A stretch of 64,000 bases of DNA from Octopus bimaculoides (GCF_001194135.2 NC_068986.1:63190379-63254378); one strand, 5' to 3'. Counted from the first letter of the stretch, positions 1 through 13,751 are shown. The notes: generated by a model not told the origin, from the letters alone. Translations and numbers: made by a program.

Positions 1-135
1 GTATTTATGTATGTATCTATGTATGTATATATGTATGTATCTATGTATGGGTATATATGTGTGTATCTGTGTATGTGTATATATGTATGTATCTATGTAT
101 GTATATATATGTATATATCTATATGTATATACATA
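1..135. repeat. (TATG)n/(TA)n compound microsatellite
   Basis: Directly visible tandem TATG/TA units. Confidence 0.95.
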
Positions 136-1164
136 TACTTGAAAATGTTCAGGTTGCAAGCATAGAGTCCCTCTCCTCCTATCACTAACTTATTTAAAGA
201 GAAAAAGGAAAAATCAGTTAATATAGGAGGGTAAGTATTGTTTAGATGACTGTATTCCTAGTATATTACGAGTACACATTTATATAGTTCTTGGAGTGAT
301 TAAAAGCATTAAAAAAATCAGAAAAAATATGAAAAATCAGCCATGGTCATGTGTGAATTCATTACATAGAGGTATCAGACTGAATCTTGCAAAGTATTTC
401 ATTCAGTGCTTCATCTTTTTGTGCTAAATTTCCATTAATACAATGACTGGATAGCTAGTGGTATATTCTGAACACTTTCCAGTTTGTTGTTTATAGTTTC
501 TAACAATTTATGTTTGAGTAAAAGCATTTGTGTGTGTGTGTGTGCATGTGTGTCCATATAGGTAGGGCATCTGTGTGTGGTTCCTTAATTTTCTAATGTT
601 TTGTTAGTAGTAGTTGTAATAGTAAGGCTTTCATCTAGTGAATCATTATTTATTTTGAGTGTTACATTCGCTTCTCTTCTTTTCTCTGTTTCAGTTATGA
701 TTTTTTGTTGTCATCATATGTTGTCATCAGTTGTTTGTAGTACTCATGTATTTAGTAATGAAAACAGAAAAAAACAGCCAAACTAAAACAGTTAAGTAGA
801 TTATGTAAATCTTTTGATCAGTCACTCACCCCCCCCACACACACACACACACTCACACAGATATTTATGTAGTTGTTGCATAGTAAATTTAGTCATACAC
901 ATGCATACACACACAAGCAAATCTTTGTATTTGTGTGAGCATCCATGAATGTTACCTTGTTTAGTTCTTATTGCTCTAATCTGTCTTGAACATTACACTT
1001 GTTTTCTGTTCCTCTAAATAACTGGCATTTCATTTTTGTTGTTGCTATAAGTGATTCTTGTTTTGCATTTTGTTTCTTTTCTTTATTTACCTTTTTTTAT
1101 TAGGAGATTAAAGCAATATTGCAAAATGTTTGGCTTCAAAAAGAAAATAAGGTTGGAAAGCTAT

Positions 1165-1197
<33 letters not shown>

Positions 1198-2249
1198 AAC
1201 TAAGAAAAAAATAAATAAAAGTATTTTAAAAATCAATAATCTCCAGCATTGCAATCAGGATATTAGTCATCTTTTTCTTGTTTGTATTTTTTATCTCCAT
1301 TCTTGTGCAATTTTTTTTTCCTCAACACGCTGACTGCTTTAGCTTCTTGTTTTCTTACATTAGATGAAGAAACAAACATTTGAGTATCAACAAGCTAAAT
1401 TACTATACATATGTTTTAGAATACATGTGTGTATACACAGACACACATACACACACACTCAAAAACCATATACACCCATATATATATATTAAATGACAAA
1501 ATAATCTCTTAGTTTCCTATCTCAAATTATATAATATCTAAAATGCTATGAATTTTTCCTTTATCTCTTCAATATGTTTTATTCCTTTTGCTGCTTTAGT
1601 TTTGCTATATATATACATATATATATGTATATATACACATACATACACTGTGTATAAATGTATACAGAGTGTATTTTTTTATGTAATAACTGGAGGAAAT
1701 GTAATTCCCTGCTGAGCTCTTATCTGAATCCTGTTGCTTTGTTATAATGTGACTTTAAAAAGATATGCTGATTTTTAAAGTGAACCAAGAAAATTGTTGC
1801 TAGATATTATATATACAACAGTAGATACTTGAAAGAGAGATAACGGATAAGAGAATTTATATAGAGTTGAGCTGTTTATGAATGAGGTTTTGATGGTGTT
1901 AACCAGAGCAGCTAACCTGATCAATAATAACATTCCTGTCTCTATACCAAAGTCACATAACTTTCTGGCTCAATCCATTTTGTTGTAAACAGGTAGGTAT
2001 AGCTCATTGTTGCTTGTTGCATGAGGACTTTTTTGTTAGTTAGTATTTATTAGCTTGCATTGCTAAGTCGAAATCCTGTAATAGGTCTGTGCTAAGCAAC
2101 AGGACATTTCTACCATCATCACAAATATCAGAGTGCCTTGTTATGAAGGTCTGAAATCAGCAGAGCCCTCAAATGTCTAATATCTAAGTGGCTATTTCAG
2201 TAGTGTAAAGATGAAGAACCAGACTAGAGAGAGGTGTGCTGAGGAGAGT

Positions 2250-2420
2250 TGTTGTTTACCAAAACTCCAAGCCAACTCTGATTGAGCAGACTTATAATGA
2301 AAGATATTTCAACCACAATCCTCCCATCATTTTGTATATCTAAGCATACATAGTCCAGTGTATTCCTTCCAGTTTTAACATGATGAAACATGATTCAGGG
2401 AAAATTTGGCTTGTGGTTCT
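2250..2420 (+). mobile_element. Old dispersed non-coding repeat (SINE-tail or MITE-like)
   Basis: Motif ttgttgttta...gattgagcagac.tat.at.aaag...gatttggc recurs, diverged, at about 5565-5715 (-), 15790-15980 (-), 21435-21610 (+), 25170-25325 (-) and 48100-48300 (+). Confidence 0.5.
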
Positions 2421-3639
2421 GCAGGGAAAACAACTACATAGAGCTATAAATCTAGAATTAATCAACCAATATACACACACATACACAAATGAATGTTCAT
2501 GTTTCTAACAACTAAGGCACAAGACCAATATTTTGTAAAAAGGTGGTGGAGTTATACAAGCAATTGGACTGATTCAAGTATATTATTAATATATGTTTGA
2601 TTTGACTTTGGATGGAATGATAAAAGTTAACCTAGGGGTTAGGGTGCTACAATCACAATGGTGAAAACCAGATAGTGCATTGTTGATTAAAACAGCACAA
2701 ACATTTGATCACTATTAACAAATCATCTGTGCAGGTTGTTCAGTAAGAAATTGTGGAACGCTCTCCTGTCGTAAATGACAGGAGAGTTCATGATATTTTA
2801 TCATGAACAATGGGAAGAAAAAAGAGTACTTATTATTAAAAGCAGAGATTTCTTTTTATTGTATTTTATTAGGAAAAAAAAAATTGAACTTCAAGAAGAT
2901 TGGATGAGAGCTGCTTGGAAAAGTTGACACAAGGAATCATTTTGGTTAGTGAAAATGACTATTGGGAAAATAGATCAAATGCAAATGTATCAAAAATGGT
3001 AAAAAGAGTAAGAGTAAAGGGAGGAGAGGATGTGTCCAGCTTTAAATATCTTCTGATTGTCCTGTTTTCTCACTATCATCTAATAATCAGAAAGATTGGA
3101 AACATGAAACTTAGAATAACATTTGTGGCATTTCACCTTGAGAGAGAGAGAGAGTGTGTCAGTAACTTTACCATATCCATCACACTCAGGTTCTACACAA
3201 GTACATGGATGAATTGTAATTCAACTGGCCTTTCCAGCATCCTTGCAACTGAATGTAAAGCATGCACTAAGAAATATGAACATACATAGATACACAATTC
3301 TATTTATTTGTTTAAATATTTAATATGTGAATAGATTATATTCTAAAGCATTTTGGGAAAATTTATACAGGAATTAGCTATGATTTTTTTCAAAACTGTT
3401 CTCCGTTCTGTAACATAGGCAATCATTTTACATTCTTTAATATGAAATGAAATCTAGAAACATGCAATTATACTTGCACAACACAAACAGTTGTTGTTTA
3501 GGTAAGCCTGAAAGCATTTCAGCCATGATCATCCTGTCTTCTTAAGACTCATTGTCCAATATTTTGCAGCTATAAAGAACTTTTAACATCTTACATTTGC
3601 AAGATTTTGGGTTAATAACCCGTGAGACAGCTCTCTTCG

Positions 3640-3770
3640 GCAAATGCAGCTCATTTTCAGATATGTAGACTAGAGCTATGCAGAATGAAGTTTTTTACTC
3701 CATGAAAAAATGTGCCATCCAGTTCAAGAATCAATCATATGTCCAATAGTCTAACCACTTTGCCTTTCTA
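3640..3770 (-). mobile_element. Degenerate tRNA-derived SINE head
   Basis: Reverse complement resembles the head of the copies at 4881 and 8605 (ends ...ctaaccact). Confidence 0.4.
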
Positions 3771-4880
3771 GGATTACCTTGTATAACATGTCTTTCTCTT
3801 TTGTCAAGACAATAGGGTATGATTTGAGTTAGAACTGGTTGCTTTTTTTAGTTAATCAAGTGATCACATAGAGGTTTATTTGTTTCATAGTATTGTAACA
3901 TGGTCAATAATCTTCGGTGAATGAAAAAAAATGAGCTGAACAGAAATGCCTGTTAGGAAACCTTAAGATTTTAAACGTGTGGTTTGAAGAAGTTATGACT
4001 ATCAGAGCTAATGGTTAGTGTATATAACAGAAATAACTATTTTGGTATGAACATGGGTTTCAAAGATACTTGTTGGGGTGGAGTAAGTGCTGTGAGTTGA
4101 TAGTGTATACTAACAGAAGCAGAGAAAAAAAAAAAAACTATAAAATTTGGGAAATGGTTAGATTAGAATTCGAAAGATGATACAGAAAGTCAACTGGGGA
4201 TATATAATGCAGATTTACCAAATCAATAATATTGATGATGATGATAAAGTATATTTAGTGTACTTGTTAGCTGAGTTTTATTTATAAACAAATATTCATT
4301 TCTATAAAAAATAGTTGGCCTAATTAAACCATTATAAAGCTTTGCAAAAATGGCTTTGAGGTTAAGGTTTCATCATACTCACTATATGGTTATGAGTTTG
4401 TGGTCCACTCTTAATGCAAGATACATAATTCTGCTTACCTCAGTCTACTAAGCTAACAAGCAAGTTCTATTCTTCATTGTTGAATATTGGCCATATATCT
4501 TGTTCAACTTGAGCAGGATATATGACTGTAATAACAATTCATGTAAATAATATGCAAATGTTCAAATTATGAAAACTTCTATTTTTACTAGAATAGGAAA
4601 ATGAATATAAAATTGTAAAATAATGCTTATATCAATGATTGCTCTTTTGTGTAGTCAACTTTTGTATGTAGCATACAAATACTCTTAGTTTAATTTAAAG
4701 CTATTGAGCATAATGACTATGAAGCCTAGTTTAAATGAAGTCTATTTATTAAATATGATGATGAAATAAAAATGTATATTTATGCTATCTCTCTTTTATG
4801 TAATAATTTTCGCTGTTGATATTAAATATATACTTTTTATTTATTTATTATTATTATTAATATTATTATTATTATTAAGT

Positions 4881-5178
4881 ACATAGCTTAGTGGTTAGGA
4901 TGTTGCACTCACAATCACTAGATCATAATTTCAATTCCTGGACCAGGTGGTATGTTGCATTCTTGAGCAAAACACTTCATTTCACATTGCTCTGTGATCA
5001 CTTCAATACCTGATGTGCGGTACTCAGTGCATCTGTTCAGACAACGTCGATTTGATGGGGAGAATGAGCTAATGTGTGGCATGAACATTTGATTACGATA
5101 AACAATTCATTTGTGCAGGTTGCTTGGCAAAAGCTGAATGTTCATACATCCATAATGATGGAGAGGCCATCATTAATA
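4881..5178 (+). mobile_element. tRNA-derived SINE (family C, CORE-like ttgagcaaaacacttcattt segment)
   Basis: A-box-like TAGCTTAGTGGTTAGG, decayed B box, and a conserved ttcttgagcaaaacacttcatttca block shared with the 8605 copy. Confidence 0.7.
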
Positions 5179-6977
5179 CTTTTTGTGTGCCGTGTTGATC
5201 AATAGGAGTAAATCAGTTATGCTTGTCTCTTTATTCTTGTTTTTCCCCTTCAGTCTTTTTGATTTCAGTTGTTCATTAGTCTAAATCTTCTTCAGTCAGC
5301 ACTAATAATTATATATTTATGATATTATTTATTCATTACCTCAGTCAGTACTATTTTATACAGATTCAAATAATCTTAAGTTTTAGTTCATTTGAGTTTA
5401 GACTATTTCCTGCATTTATTTCAGTGGTTTTGAAAACAAAAGATTACTGTTCTGAATTTCTGAGGTTTAGGTAAATCCTTCTTTGCCAGAATATTCTATT
5501 CAGTTGGTATTTTTTTCAACCTAGTTTTGTTATTTAATCAATTACAGAAGTCTCTATATGCACATCCTATCTACTAAAATTAGCAGTCAAATTTTTATCA
5601 AATCACACCGTACTTCCTTAAAACAAAATGCAAGAATATAGTAGATGATGCAGCCTCGATAGTCTGGAAAGCCTTTCATCATAGGTCTGCTCAATTAGGG
5701 TTTAACAGGGCATTAAATATGTGCTATTCATACTTCTTAGTTAAGTGGTTAGTATCCGCTCTAAAATGTATGCTCCAGCGTCTGTGCCGAATTAGAAGGT
5801 GGGGTGCATCAAAAGCTTGGTAAAATCAGATTGAAGTAAAGATGTAATAATGATATTTCTGTACCCTTTATAGATATTGTAGGTCTAATTATGACTTATT
5901 TTCCTAAATGCTCTTGCTTTAATTCCATTTTAATATTGCCTACCTATAAATACTCTATATAAATTCTCTTATCCGTTATCTCTCTTTCAAACAAAAATAT
6001 GGAAGTATTGAAGTGAACAAATATTTCTGAGAACTACTTCTCATTGCTACACTGAATTACAATACTAAAAACTTTTAAGTATTAAAATGAAATGTGAGTG
6101 TGTAGTTAGTTGTTTAACATTAATAATCTATGAATAATTATATGAATAAATTATATTATATATAATTTACTAAGTAATTCCTCAAAACATAAAAGCAAAC
6201 ATTCAAACTGAATAACTCCATTGAAATTCCTTTACTCCATAAATAAGGTGATCAAATATTGATTGGAATTTTCTATATCATATAATCTCTCTGCTTAATA
6301 GTTGGGTTGTTTTGCATACAATTTTTCTTATAATAATTAAAAAAGTAAAGGAAGCAACCCAAATCCCTAAACCTATTGAAGTGACTGATAAGTGATAAAG
6401 ATTCATTAATAATCACTCCCAGTTAGTGCTGCATATAAACTCAAATATAATTTTCATGATGTATGAGTTGTTTTATATTTTTCATTATGTATTTTTATCT
6501 TTTCTTTCTTTTATAGTAGCAAATTGTTGCATTAGATTTGGTCTAAGGGAAAACTGATAAACAGTAATTCTTCTCAATTATTCATATTCCATACACCTTT
6601 TCTATGTTCTCTTACTAAAAATAGACATTGATCTATAATCAAAAAAGAGCTGATAGATAACTCTTCAGTATAATCTGTAATGAATACAGAGAAAATATAT
6701 TGGAGTGTTGGAGGTCTTTTGTACCAACCGTTAACTACTCAAGTGTGAAGTAGTGGGGTTTTCATATTCTACTGATGTTCTAGGCCCATCATTGTTGTGT
6801 TCTTTTAACATATTGTTGAAAGTGGCAAAATACTAAACTAAAATGCCTTATAATATTTTTTTAGTCCTACATTTACAGTTCAGATACTAAGGTTAACTTT
6901 GCATCTTCCAGATATTTACATAGTTTAATTGACATTACGCTTTTTTCTGCAAACTTATGGCCTTGTGCCGACATGTT

Positions 6978-7140
6978 ACAGGCATGGTTGCATAGTTAAG
7001 TTTGCTTTGCAACTCTTTGTTTTCAGCTTTTCCACTGTACAGTACCTTATGCAAGAGTCTTTTATCATAACTTCAAGCCAACCAAAGTCTTGTGAGTGAA
7101 ATTTGAGAACCAAGACTGTCTAGAAACCTGTTGGTAGCAT
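6978..7140 (+). mobile_element. Diverged 5' half of SINE family A
   Basis: gccaaccaaagtcttgtgagtgaaatttg matches the family A head seen at 10146-10300. Confidence 0.45.
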
Positions 7141-7842
7141 TGCCTCTACCACCTGGTCTTTGGATACCTTTAGTGAAGTCCATTTTGTTGCAAATATTCA
7201 GGCCAAATCTTTAGCCTGAGAATAACTTTTTCCCTATTGTCCATCGATTTCCTGAAAAGATTAAACCATCTAAAAACAGAATATATAAGAAATCATTATG
7301 AGTAAGAGTAAATCATCTTAAAATAATCAAATCTATGAAATATTTTTCTTAACAAATAAATGTACTTAATATCTAATAGTTTCATAACAAAAAAAAATTG
7401 AAATAAATGACAAATTTGAAGCTGATAGCTAATAGAATTACAATTAGCTACTCATTGTGTAATAGATTTTTTTTTTTAATGTTGAATATCTGGCAACAAG
7501 CTATTTAACTGAAGCTCTTAGAATAACAAATGATAGTGAAATGTCATCAAGCATGCCAGTAAAAAAAAGTGAATTAAATGTTAAGCATAAGAACCAAGGT
7601 GAAATCAATATATCTCTTGTTAAAATATATCAGAATCAACATCAGAGAAGTAAGTTCTAGTCAATAATACACTCTTCCAAAGAGATGCTTTCTAAACATG
7701 CAAGTTTCTATGTGAACACTGCTTCACATCCCAGTACATACCAATAAGCATCCAGAATATATACAAGTATATGTATGTCTTTGTGTGTGTATTTCCTAAG
7801 CAACATCAAAAGTGCAGTTTATATGTATTTTTTCTCTGTTAC

Positions 7843-8133
7843 AGTGATTAGACTACAGCCATGCTGGGGCACTGCCTTGACAAAATTTTAGTTGACTGAA
7901 TCACCCCCCCCTTCCTTTTTTTGTTTAAACCTGGTACTTATTCTATTGTACTCTTTTGCTGAACCACTAAGTTACAGGGATGTGAACAAACCAACGCTGG
8001 TTGTCAAGCAGTAGTGGGAGACAAACACACTCATATATATATATGTGTTTGTCTCCCACCACTGCTTGACAACCAGTGTCTGTTTGTTCACATCCCTGTA
8101 ACTTAGTGGTTCAGCAAAAAAGACCAATAGAAT
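7843..8133. mobile_element. SINE family A 3' half (-) with an inverted duplicate (+) forming a foldback
   Basis: 7940-8029 and 8045-8133 are near-perfect reverse complements around a (TA)n centre. Confidence 0.85.
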
Positions 8134-8421
8134 TTTCACATGCTATCCAAAACTCCTTTTAATGTCTATTACTTTCTCTGTATTACATTTAAAATTTTTC
8201 TAAAATGTCTTTTTTCTATATTTCATTATTTTTATCTATATTCTATTATTATTTTGTTTACATATCTATATATCCATATGTCCATGTATAGTTTTAGTAT
8301 TCATATATTTTTATATTTCGAATATATCAATATATGTTTCAGATTGGACAATTCTTATTTTATCCTAATTAAACCCATATGTGTTAATCGTAGTCTGCCT
8401 AATTTGAACCTTTTCTATTGT

Positions 8422-8465
<44 letters not shown>

Positions 8466-8604
8466 GCACACAAATAATACATACATACATACATACACAC
8501 ATGCACACACAGTGTATTACATATTTCTTCTTTCTTTCTTGTTTCAGTCATTAGACTGTGGCCATGCTGGAGCACTACTGTGACAAATTTTAATCAAGCA
8601 AATC

Positions 8605-8868
8605 AACGTGACCTAGTGGTTAGGGTGTTGCACTCACAGTCACTAGATTGTGAGTTCGATTCCCAGACCAAGCGTTATGTTGTGTCCTTGAGCAAAACAC
8701 TTCATTTCATGTTGCTCCAGTTAACCTTTCAATCCATGGGTAATACTGGCCTGCTCACCTAACTAGCAGGGTCACATCATTTGAAGGCTAGAACAATGCA
8801 AAGCGCATTGTGACCAGCAACATGTGACAACATCTGATAGTTTGGTTGGCCATGTGATCACACTATAT
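8605..8868 (+). mobile_element. tRNA-derived SINE (family C)
   Basis: A box GACCTAGTGGTTAGG, B box GAGTTCGATTCCC, then ttgagcaaaacacttcatttc. Confidence 0.75.
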
Positions 8869-8881
8869 ACATATATGTATA

Positions 8882-9272
8882 TTCTTTTATTTTATTACTC
8901 TTTTACTTGTTCCAGTCATTTGACTGCTGCCATGTTGGAGCACCACCTTTAGTTGAAAAAATCGACACCAGGACTTATTCTTTGTAAGCTTAGTACTTAT
9001 TCTATTGGTCTTTTTTGCTGAACCGCTAAGTTTCAGGTACTAAACACACCAACATCAGTTGTCAAGCAATGGCAGGGGGACAAATACAGACACACACACA
9101 CACTCACATGAACATATATATATATATATATATATATACAACAGGCTTCTTTCAGTTTCCATCTACCAAATTGGCTCGAGGCTATAGTAGAAGACACTTG
9201 CCCAAGGAGCCATGCAGTGGGATTGAACCCAGAACCATGTGGTTGGGAAGCAAGCTTCTTACCATACAGTCA
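8882..9272 (-). mobile_element. Full-length SINE family A with internal (CA)/(TA) microsatellite
   Basis: Reverse complement of the 10146-10522 copy: tRNA-like head, internal microsatellite, 3' end gactgaaac/ggaac-aagtaaaaga. Confidence 0.85.
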
Positions 9273-10145
9273 TATATATAGGGGAACCATATGTTCTGGA
9301 ATTCTGGAACAATTTTCTTATGATTTCCATTCTGTTTTGTCTGATAAGTTGCTAGTTATTCATACTTATTAATTTTGCCAGTGTATTATGAAATACCCAT
9401 AACTGTAATCCAATCAGTATTTGAAACTAAAACTCACTGCTTCACTTACATGCATAAAACTTAATATTCTGTATTGTTTGCCTTTGATTGGTATATCAAC
9501 ACAGATGACCCCTAGAAAAAAAGCCAGATAGCCCCTAAAAAATCCAGTTAGTAACAAAAAATTTTCAATGGCAGAGGAAAGCAGTGGAGTTCTTTGAACT
9601 CTGATCCATTTACACATTAATAACTGTTAATATTAGGCCTTGTATTAAATTTGTTTTCCATAAAAAATAGAGACAGATGACAGCACTTGGATGATTCAAC
9701 TCATCCCACAGACATTTCCCCAAACTTGCTAAAGGAGCCTGTACAATTCCCCACTGACAATTGACCGATGTGTTTCTTTATTTTTTATTGTCTTAATCAT
9801 GCTACAGAGAATAGCTGGAAATTTTCGGATCATACTTAATTCCTCTTTCCCCCCACTCACACATCTATGAAAACATCTAATCTCCTGTGACTGAGTTTTC
9901 ACTTTTTTTACACTATGCGTGCATACACGCACACATACACACACACACTCACACTCACCCCCTCTCTCTTCTGGATTAAGTAACAAGTTTTTTTGTTTTT
10001 TTTTGAAAAAGCAATTTGATCTGCATAATTCAACTGTTTTTCTAGCTATTTTATTGAGTGCGTAAATTTATTCTGTTGTTGGCACGTCCTAGAATAAACT
10101 AACTCTGATATTTCATATTTCACTCTCCCTTGGTAAGGGCTCAAG

Positions 10146-10522
10146 TGTTGCTGTGTAGTAAGAAGCTTGCTTCCCAAACACATGGTTCCACGTTCAGTCC
10201 CACTGCATAGCACCTCGACCAAGTGTCTTCTGCTATAGCCTCGGCCAACCAAAACCTCATGAGTGGATTTGGTAGATAAAAACTGAAGTTATCCTGTCGT
10301 ATATGTGTGTCTGTGATTGTCCCCCTTTACCTCTTTATAACCAATGCTGGTGTATTTACGTTCCTGTAACTTTCCAGTTTAGCTAAAGGGACTGATAGAA
10401 TAAGTACCAGGCTTTAAAAAATAAATAAGTCCTGGAGTTGATTCACTTAGCTAAAAAAAATTCTTCAAGGCAGTGCCCCAGTATGGCCGGTTAAATGACT
10501 GAAACATGTAAAGGATAAAAGA
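10146..10522 (+). mobile_element. Full-length SINE family A
   Basis: A-box-like GTTGCTGTGTAGTAAG, B-box-like CGTTCAGTCCC, internal (TG) tract, 3' end aaatgactgaaacatgtaaaggataaaaga. Confidence 0.85.
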
Positions 10523-10698
10523 TTTCCTTTAAAATAAATTTTAATCTATTTTTTAAATACCAAAAAGGGTGTGTACATTTCTTGAAAAGATTCAAGAAGG
10601 ATTACTCTTTTCTAAAATAGCTTTGTGACAGCAGAGTAAAATGGTCAATGAAAGGAAAAAGGGAAGAAAGTATTAAGTTTACATGAAAATGTCTCTTA

Positions 10699-11110
10699 GA
10701 CTTATGGAAAAAGCACTTTGAACAAGCAGAATACTTTATGTGGTTAAATTCTAAATACGTATCTTGGCCCAGTGTTGAGCAGTCTACAGTTAAGGTCAAC
10801 TAAATGATTGGAAAGCAAGTAATGAACATTGATCAGTTAAGTTGTTGCTGTAAAGAGTTTTTGGGCTTCTCTGGAAGAAGTTCAGACAACACCGAACTTT
10901 AAGTATGAAGAAAAATGGTAAATTTTTTTGTTCATTTCAAAGAAAAACACACTAAAAAAAATCTTAGTGTTGCAGTAGAATGCATTCATTGTCTTCCTAC
11001 TACTTCTATACCAGTTAAACAAGTGTTTTCTGTAATAAATAATGTGTGGTTAGATGAGTGAGACACAATATAATACAAGGTACTGGAAGGAACCATCAGG
11101 TGACTAAAAT
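10699..11110 (+). pseudogene. hAT-like transposase C-terminal relic
   Basis: Manual translation DLWKKHFEQAEYFMWLNSKYVSWPSVEQS...EKW*IF/FVHFKEKHTKKNLSVAVECIHCLPTTSIPVKQVFSVINNVWLDE resembles the hAT dimerisation region (LP.tna.vErvFS.mn.iWtdeR); stops and frameshift present. Confidence 0.5.
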
Positions 11111-11334
11111 AATCATCCCAATAAGCGGCTCAGTTTTTTGACAAAATTAAAAATGACAATGAATTTCTTAGAGAAGAAATTCCAAGTGAAAATAAGCAAG
11201 AACTAATGGTTGAATAAAATATCACTTGACAATAAAAACGTGTGCTTAGTTTAAATTACTTTCAAATGCTACTGTTCTACTTGGCAATATTTTACATGCA
11301 TGTGCTGTCAAATAAATAGTAGCTACTTTGAACA

Positions 11335-11380
<46 letters not shown>

Positions 11381-11392
11381 ATNNNNNNNNNN

Positions 11393-11467
<75 letters not shown>

Positions 11468-11529
11468 GCATATGCTTGTATACATACACACATAGGTTTG
11501 GTAATACAACTATGAAGTAGAACTCAAAG

Positions 11530-12701
11530 CATGAGTATGTATATATATGAGTCGAAAGTCGGTGTGTGTTTGTGGCATTGTTAGCTAAGTCCTCCTACAT
11601 TGTTTTATTGATTTTGATGAAACTTGACACGTAAGTAAAACTCGTGTGTTGAAAAATTGTGACATACTTAGGTTGTTGAACAAATTGATAATATGGCCCC
11701 TGGAAGGGCCCTTTATATCTACCTCATATAACTAATTTTTTTTAAACATCAAAGGGAAATAACTCATAGCACCTGTACAATATTTTTTTAAACACTCAAG
11801 GGAAATAACCCATTTCATTGTTTACGTTTGATTACTTTGAATATTGATTTTTTTGTGTGTCCTATTTCTAATTTTTGCAGACAATATCACTTTTATACTT
11901 TATTTGACACGTGTGTAGAACTCATGTCTGGAAACTTCATGACATACTTAGACTGTTGAAAAATCGATAATAGGGCCGTTCCAATGGATCTTTCTATCTA
12001 CTACATATTGCTAATATTTTATTTAAACCACCTAAGGGAAATAACCCATGCCGCCTGCAGATTTTAGCGAAGCAATCAATATTTGATTCTCACAATCGGC
12101 TGACCTAATTCTGCATTTCACTACTCACAGTTTCAAACTGCTAAATATCATTATTGCACTTCCTTAATTTGAATCTTAAACCTTAAAGACTTCATTCATA
12201 CATTTCTATACATACATACTTTTTGGAACGTCCATTACACCAATAATTCTGCATTTTTACAGTTACACTTTTTTCCATAACAGTAGATAATTTTTTTTAT
12301 TCCACAATGTATTTGTAGTGGCTTCATGCAGGCATAGCATTGAATCGATCATTGAGTGCCAAAATTCACTTAACACTTCAACAGTACTTTTCTCACAGTT
12401 AAACAATAGTTTTTCTGTGAAAGACAGCAGTTATACATTTCCCAGATGCCTTCGCTAAGCAGAATAATGTCTTTGCCTCTTGCCAACCTCCAACAACCTC
12501 TCTCACCAACCTCCGACAATCTTTATTGCCTACCTCCAAAAACCTCTCTCCCTCCTCCAGCTGACAGTTTTTTGTACTTTTTTGGTGATGGAAAATACAC
12601 TTTTTATGGCAGTTATAACAAAATTGCTTTCTTATACCAGACTAATAAGGTGTTTCAATAGAACATCTTTACCCACCAGGAATTACTGGGTACACCAGCT
12701 A

Positions 12702-12702
<1 letters not shown>
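11530..12702 (+). mobile_element. Non-autonomous Helitron-like element (Lep1/HelitronN architecture)
   Basis: 5' (TA)n + short GT repeat + GATTTTGATGAAACTTGACAC core; internal diverged ~170-bp duplication (about 11625-11790 vs 11905-12060); 3' short hairpin CCAG-gaatta-CTGG followed by terminal CTAG at 12699-12702. Confidence 0.5.
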
Positions 12703-12785
<83 letters not shown>

Positions 12786-12975
12786 ACATATGTATGTATG
12801 TATATATCTATATATATATGTATACATATGTATGTATGTATATATCTATATATATATGTATACGTATGTATGTATGTATATATCTATATATATATGTATA
12901 CATATGTATGTATACATATGTATGTATACATATGTATGTATCTATATATATATATATGTATACATATGTGTGTAT
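12703..12975. repeat. (TA)n followed by a TA/TATG-derived minisatellite (~30-38 bp units)
   Basis: Repeated tgtatacatatgtatgtatgtatatctatatatata units. Confidence 0.9.
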
Positions 12976-13034
12976 GTACGTACAAGATGCAGTGAATATA
13001 TTGTCATCTAAATTATGCAAAAATGAAAATAACA

Positions 13035-13735
13035 CTGACATCTCATTTTAACAGATACATTTACCACAATTACATAAAAATATTTTGAAATACTAAAAAG
13101 TAAATTTATTCAATAAATTCGGCCTCCAGGTGACTTCGAAATCTTCTGGAACTCTTCTGGACAGTCTTCTCATTTCAGTTGGTGAATGCTGCCATAATCC
13201 TTTCCTTCAGTTCATCTTTGGTGTTACAAGGAGTTTTGTTGGTCTCTTGGTTAACTGTACCCCATACATAATAATAAAGAGGGTTGCAGTCTGGGGACCA
13301 GATGTTAGGGATGATGTGGTTGCAGAAATTGTCTGACAAATGACTGGGTTCTCCTGCTTGTGTGGCATGGTGCAGAGTCTGGTTGCCAGACATTGGGTCT
13401 TCTAGCAGCCACCCTCTTGACCCAGGGCAGCACTACCTCATCCAAGCACTTGATGTAGAGTCTGAGGCCATGTGAGAAGTTGAATTGAGGCATAACGTCG
13501 CCATCACTAGTTATCACTCCAAACACCATGATGTTGACTGGATGTTTGATTTTTATCACTCTTGGTACTTGTCCTCAGACTGCACTGTCCTCAGATTGAC
13601 ACCCAAAGACTTTGAAATGTTCGTATTGGAGCTTCTGTGCAAATGCCAAGCAGTGCAGCATGTCGTTTCCAAATTTCTGACTGAGTGAATTGCATCATGG
13701 TGCTGCTTTTCTCACAGTCAGTGTTCAACTGACAC
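13035..13735 (-). mobile_element. Tc1/mariner transposase relic, maT (DD37D)-like
   Basis: KHPVNIMVFGVITSDGDVMP...VWQPDSAPCHTSRRTQ / SDNFCNHIIPNIWSPDCNPLYYYVWG; small deletions. DD37D spacing is inferred from the family pattern, not intact here. Confidence 0.75.
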
Positions 13736-13751
13736 TACTATACTGTGTATT

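Noticed and set aside
2900-3289. 129-aa ORF
   Set aside because: No recognisable domain, includes an (AG)n run, and has no convincing splice or start context.
4881-4960. tRNA-like sequences (also 8605, 10146, 29811)
   Set aside because: A/B boxes only, no full cloverleaf, and each continues into a SINE body, so these are SINE heads rather than tRNA genes.
8140-8583. 147-aa hydrophobic ORF
   Set aside because: AT-rich low-complexity DNA plus microsatellite and a SINE end.
11246-13051. YI/VC/LS/RE-rich ORFs
   Set aside because: Translations of (TA)n, (TG)n and (CT)n microsatellites.
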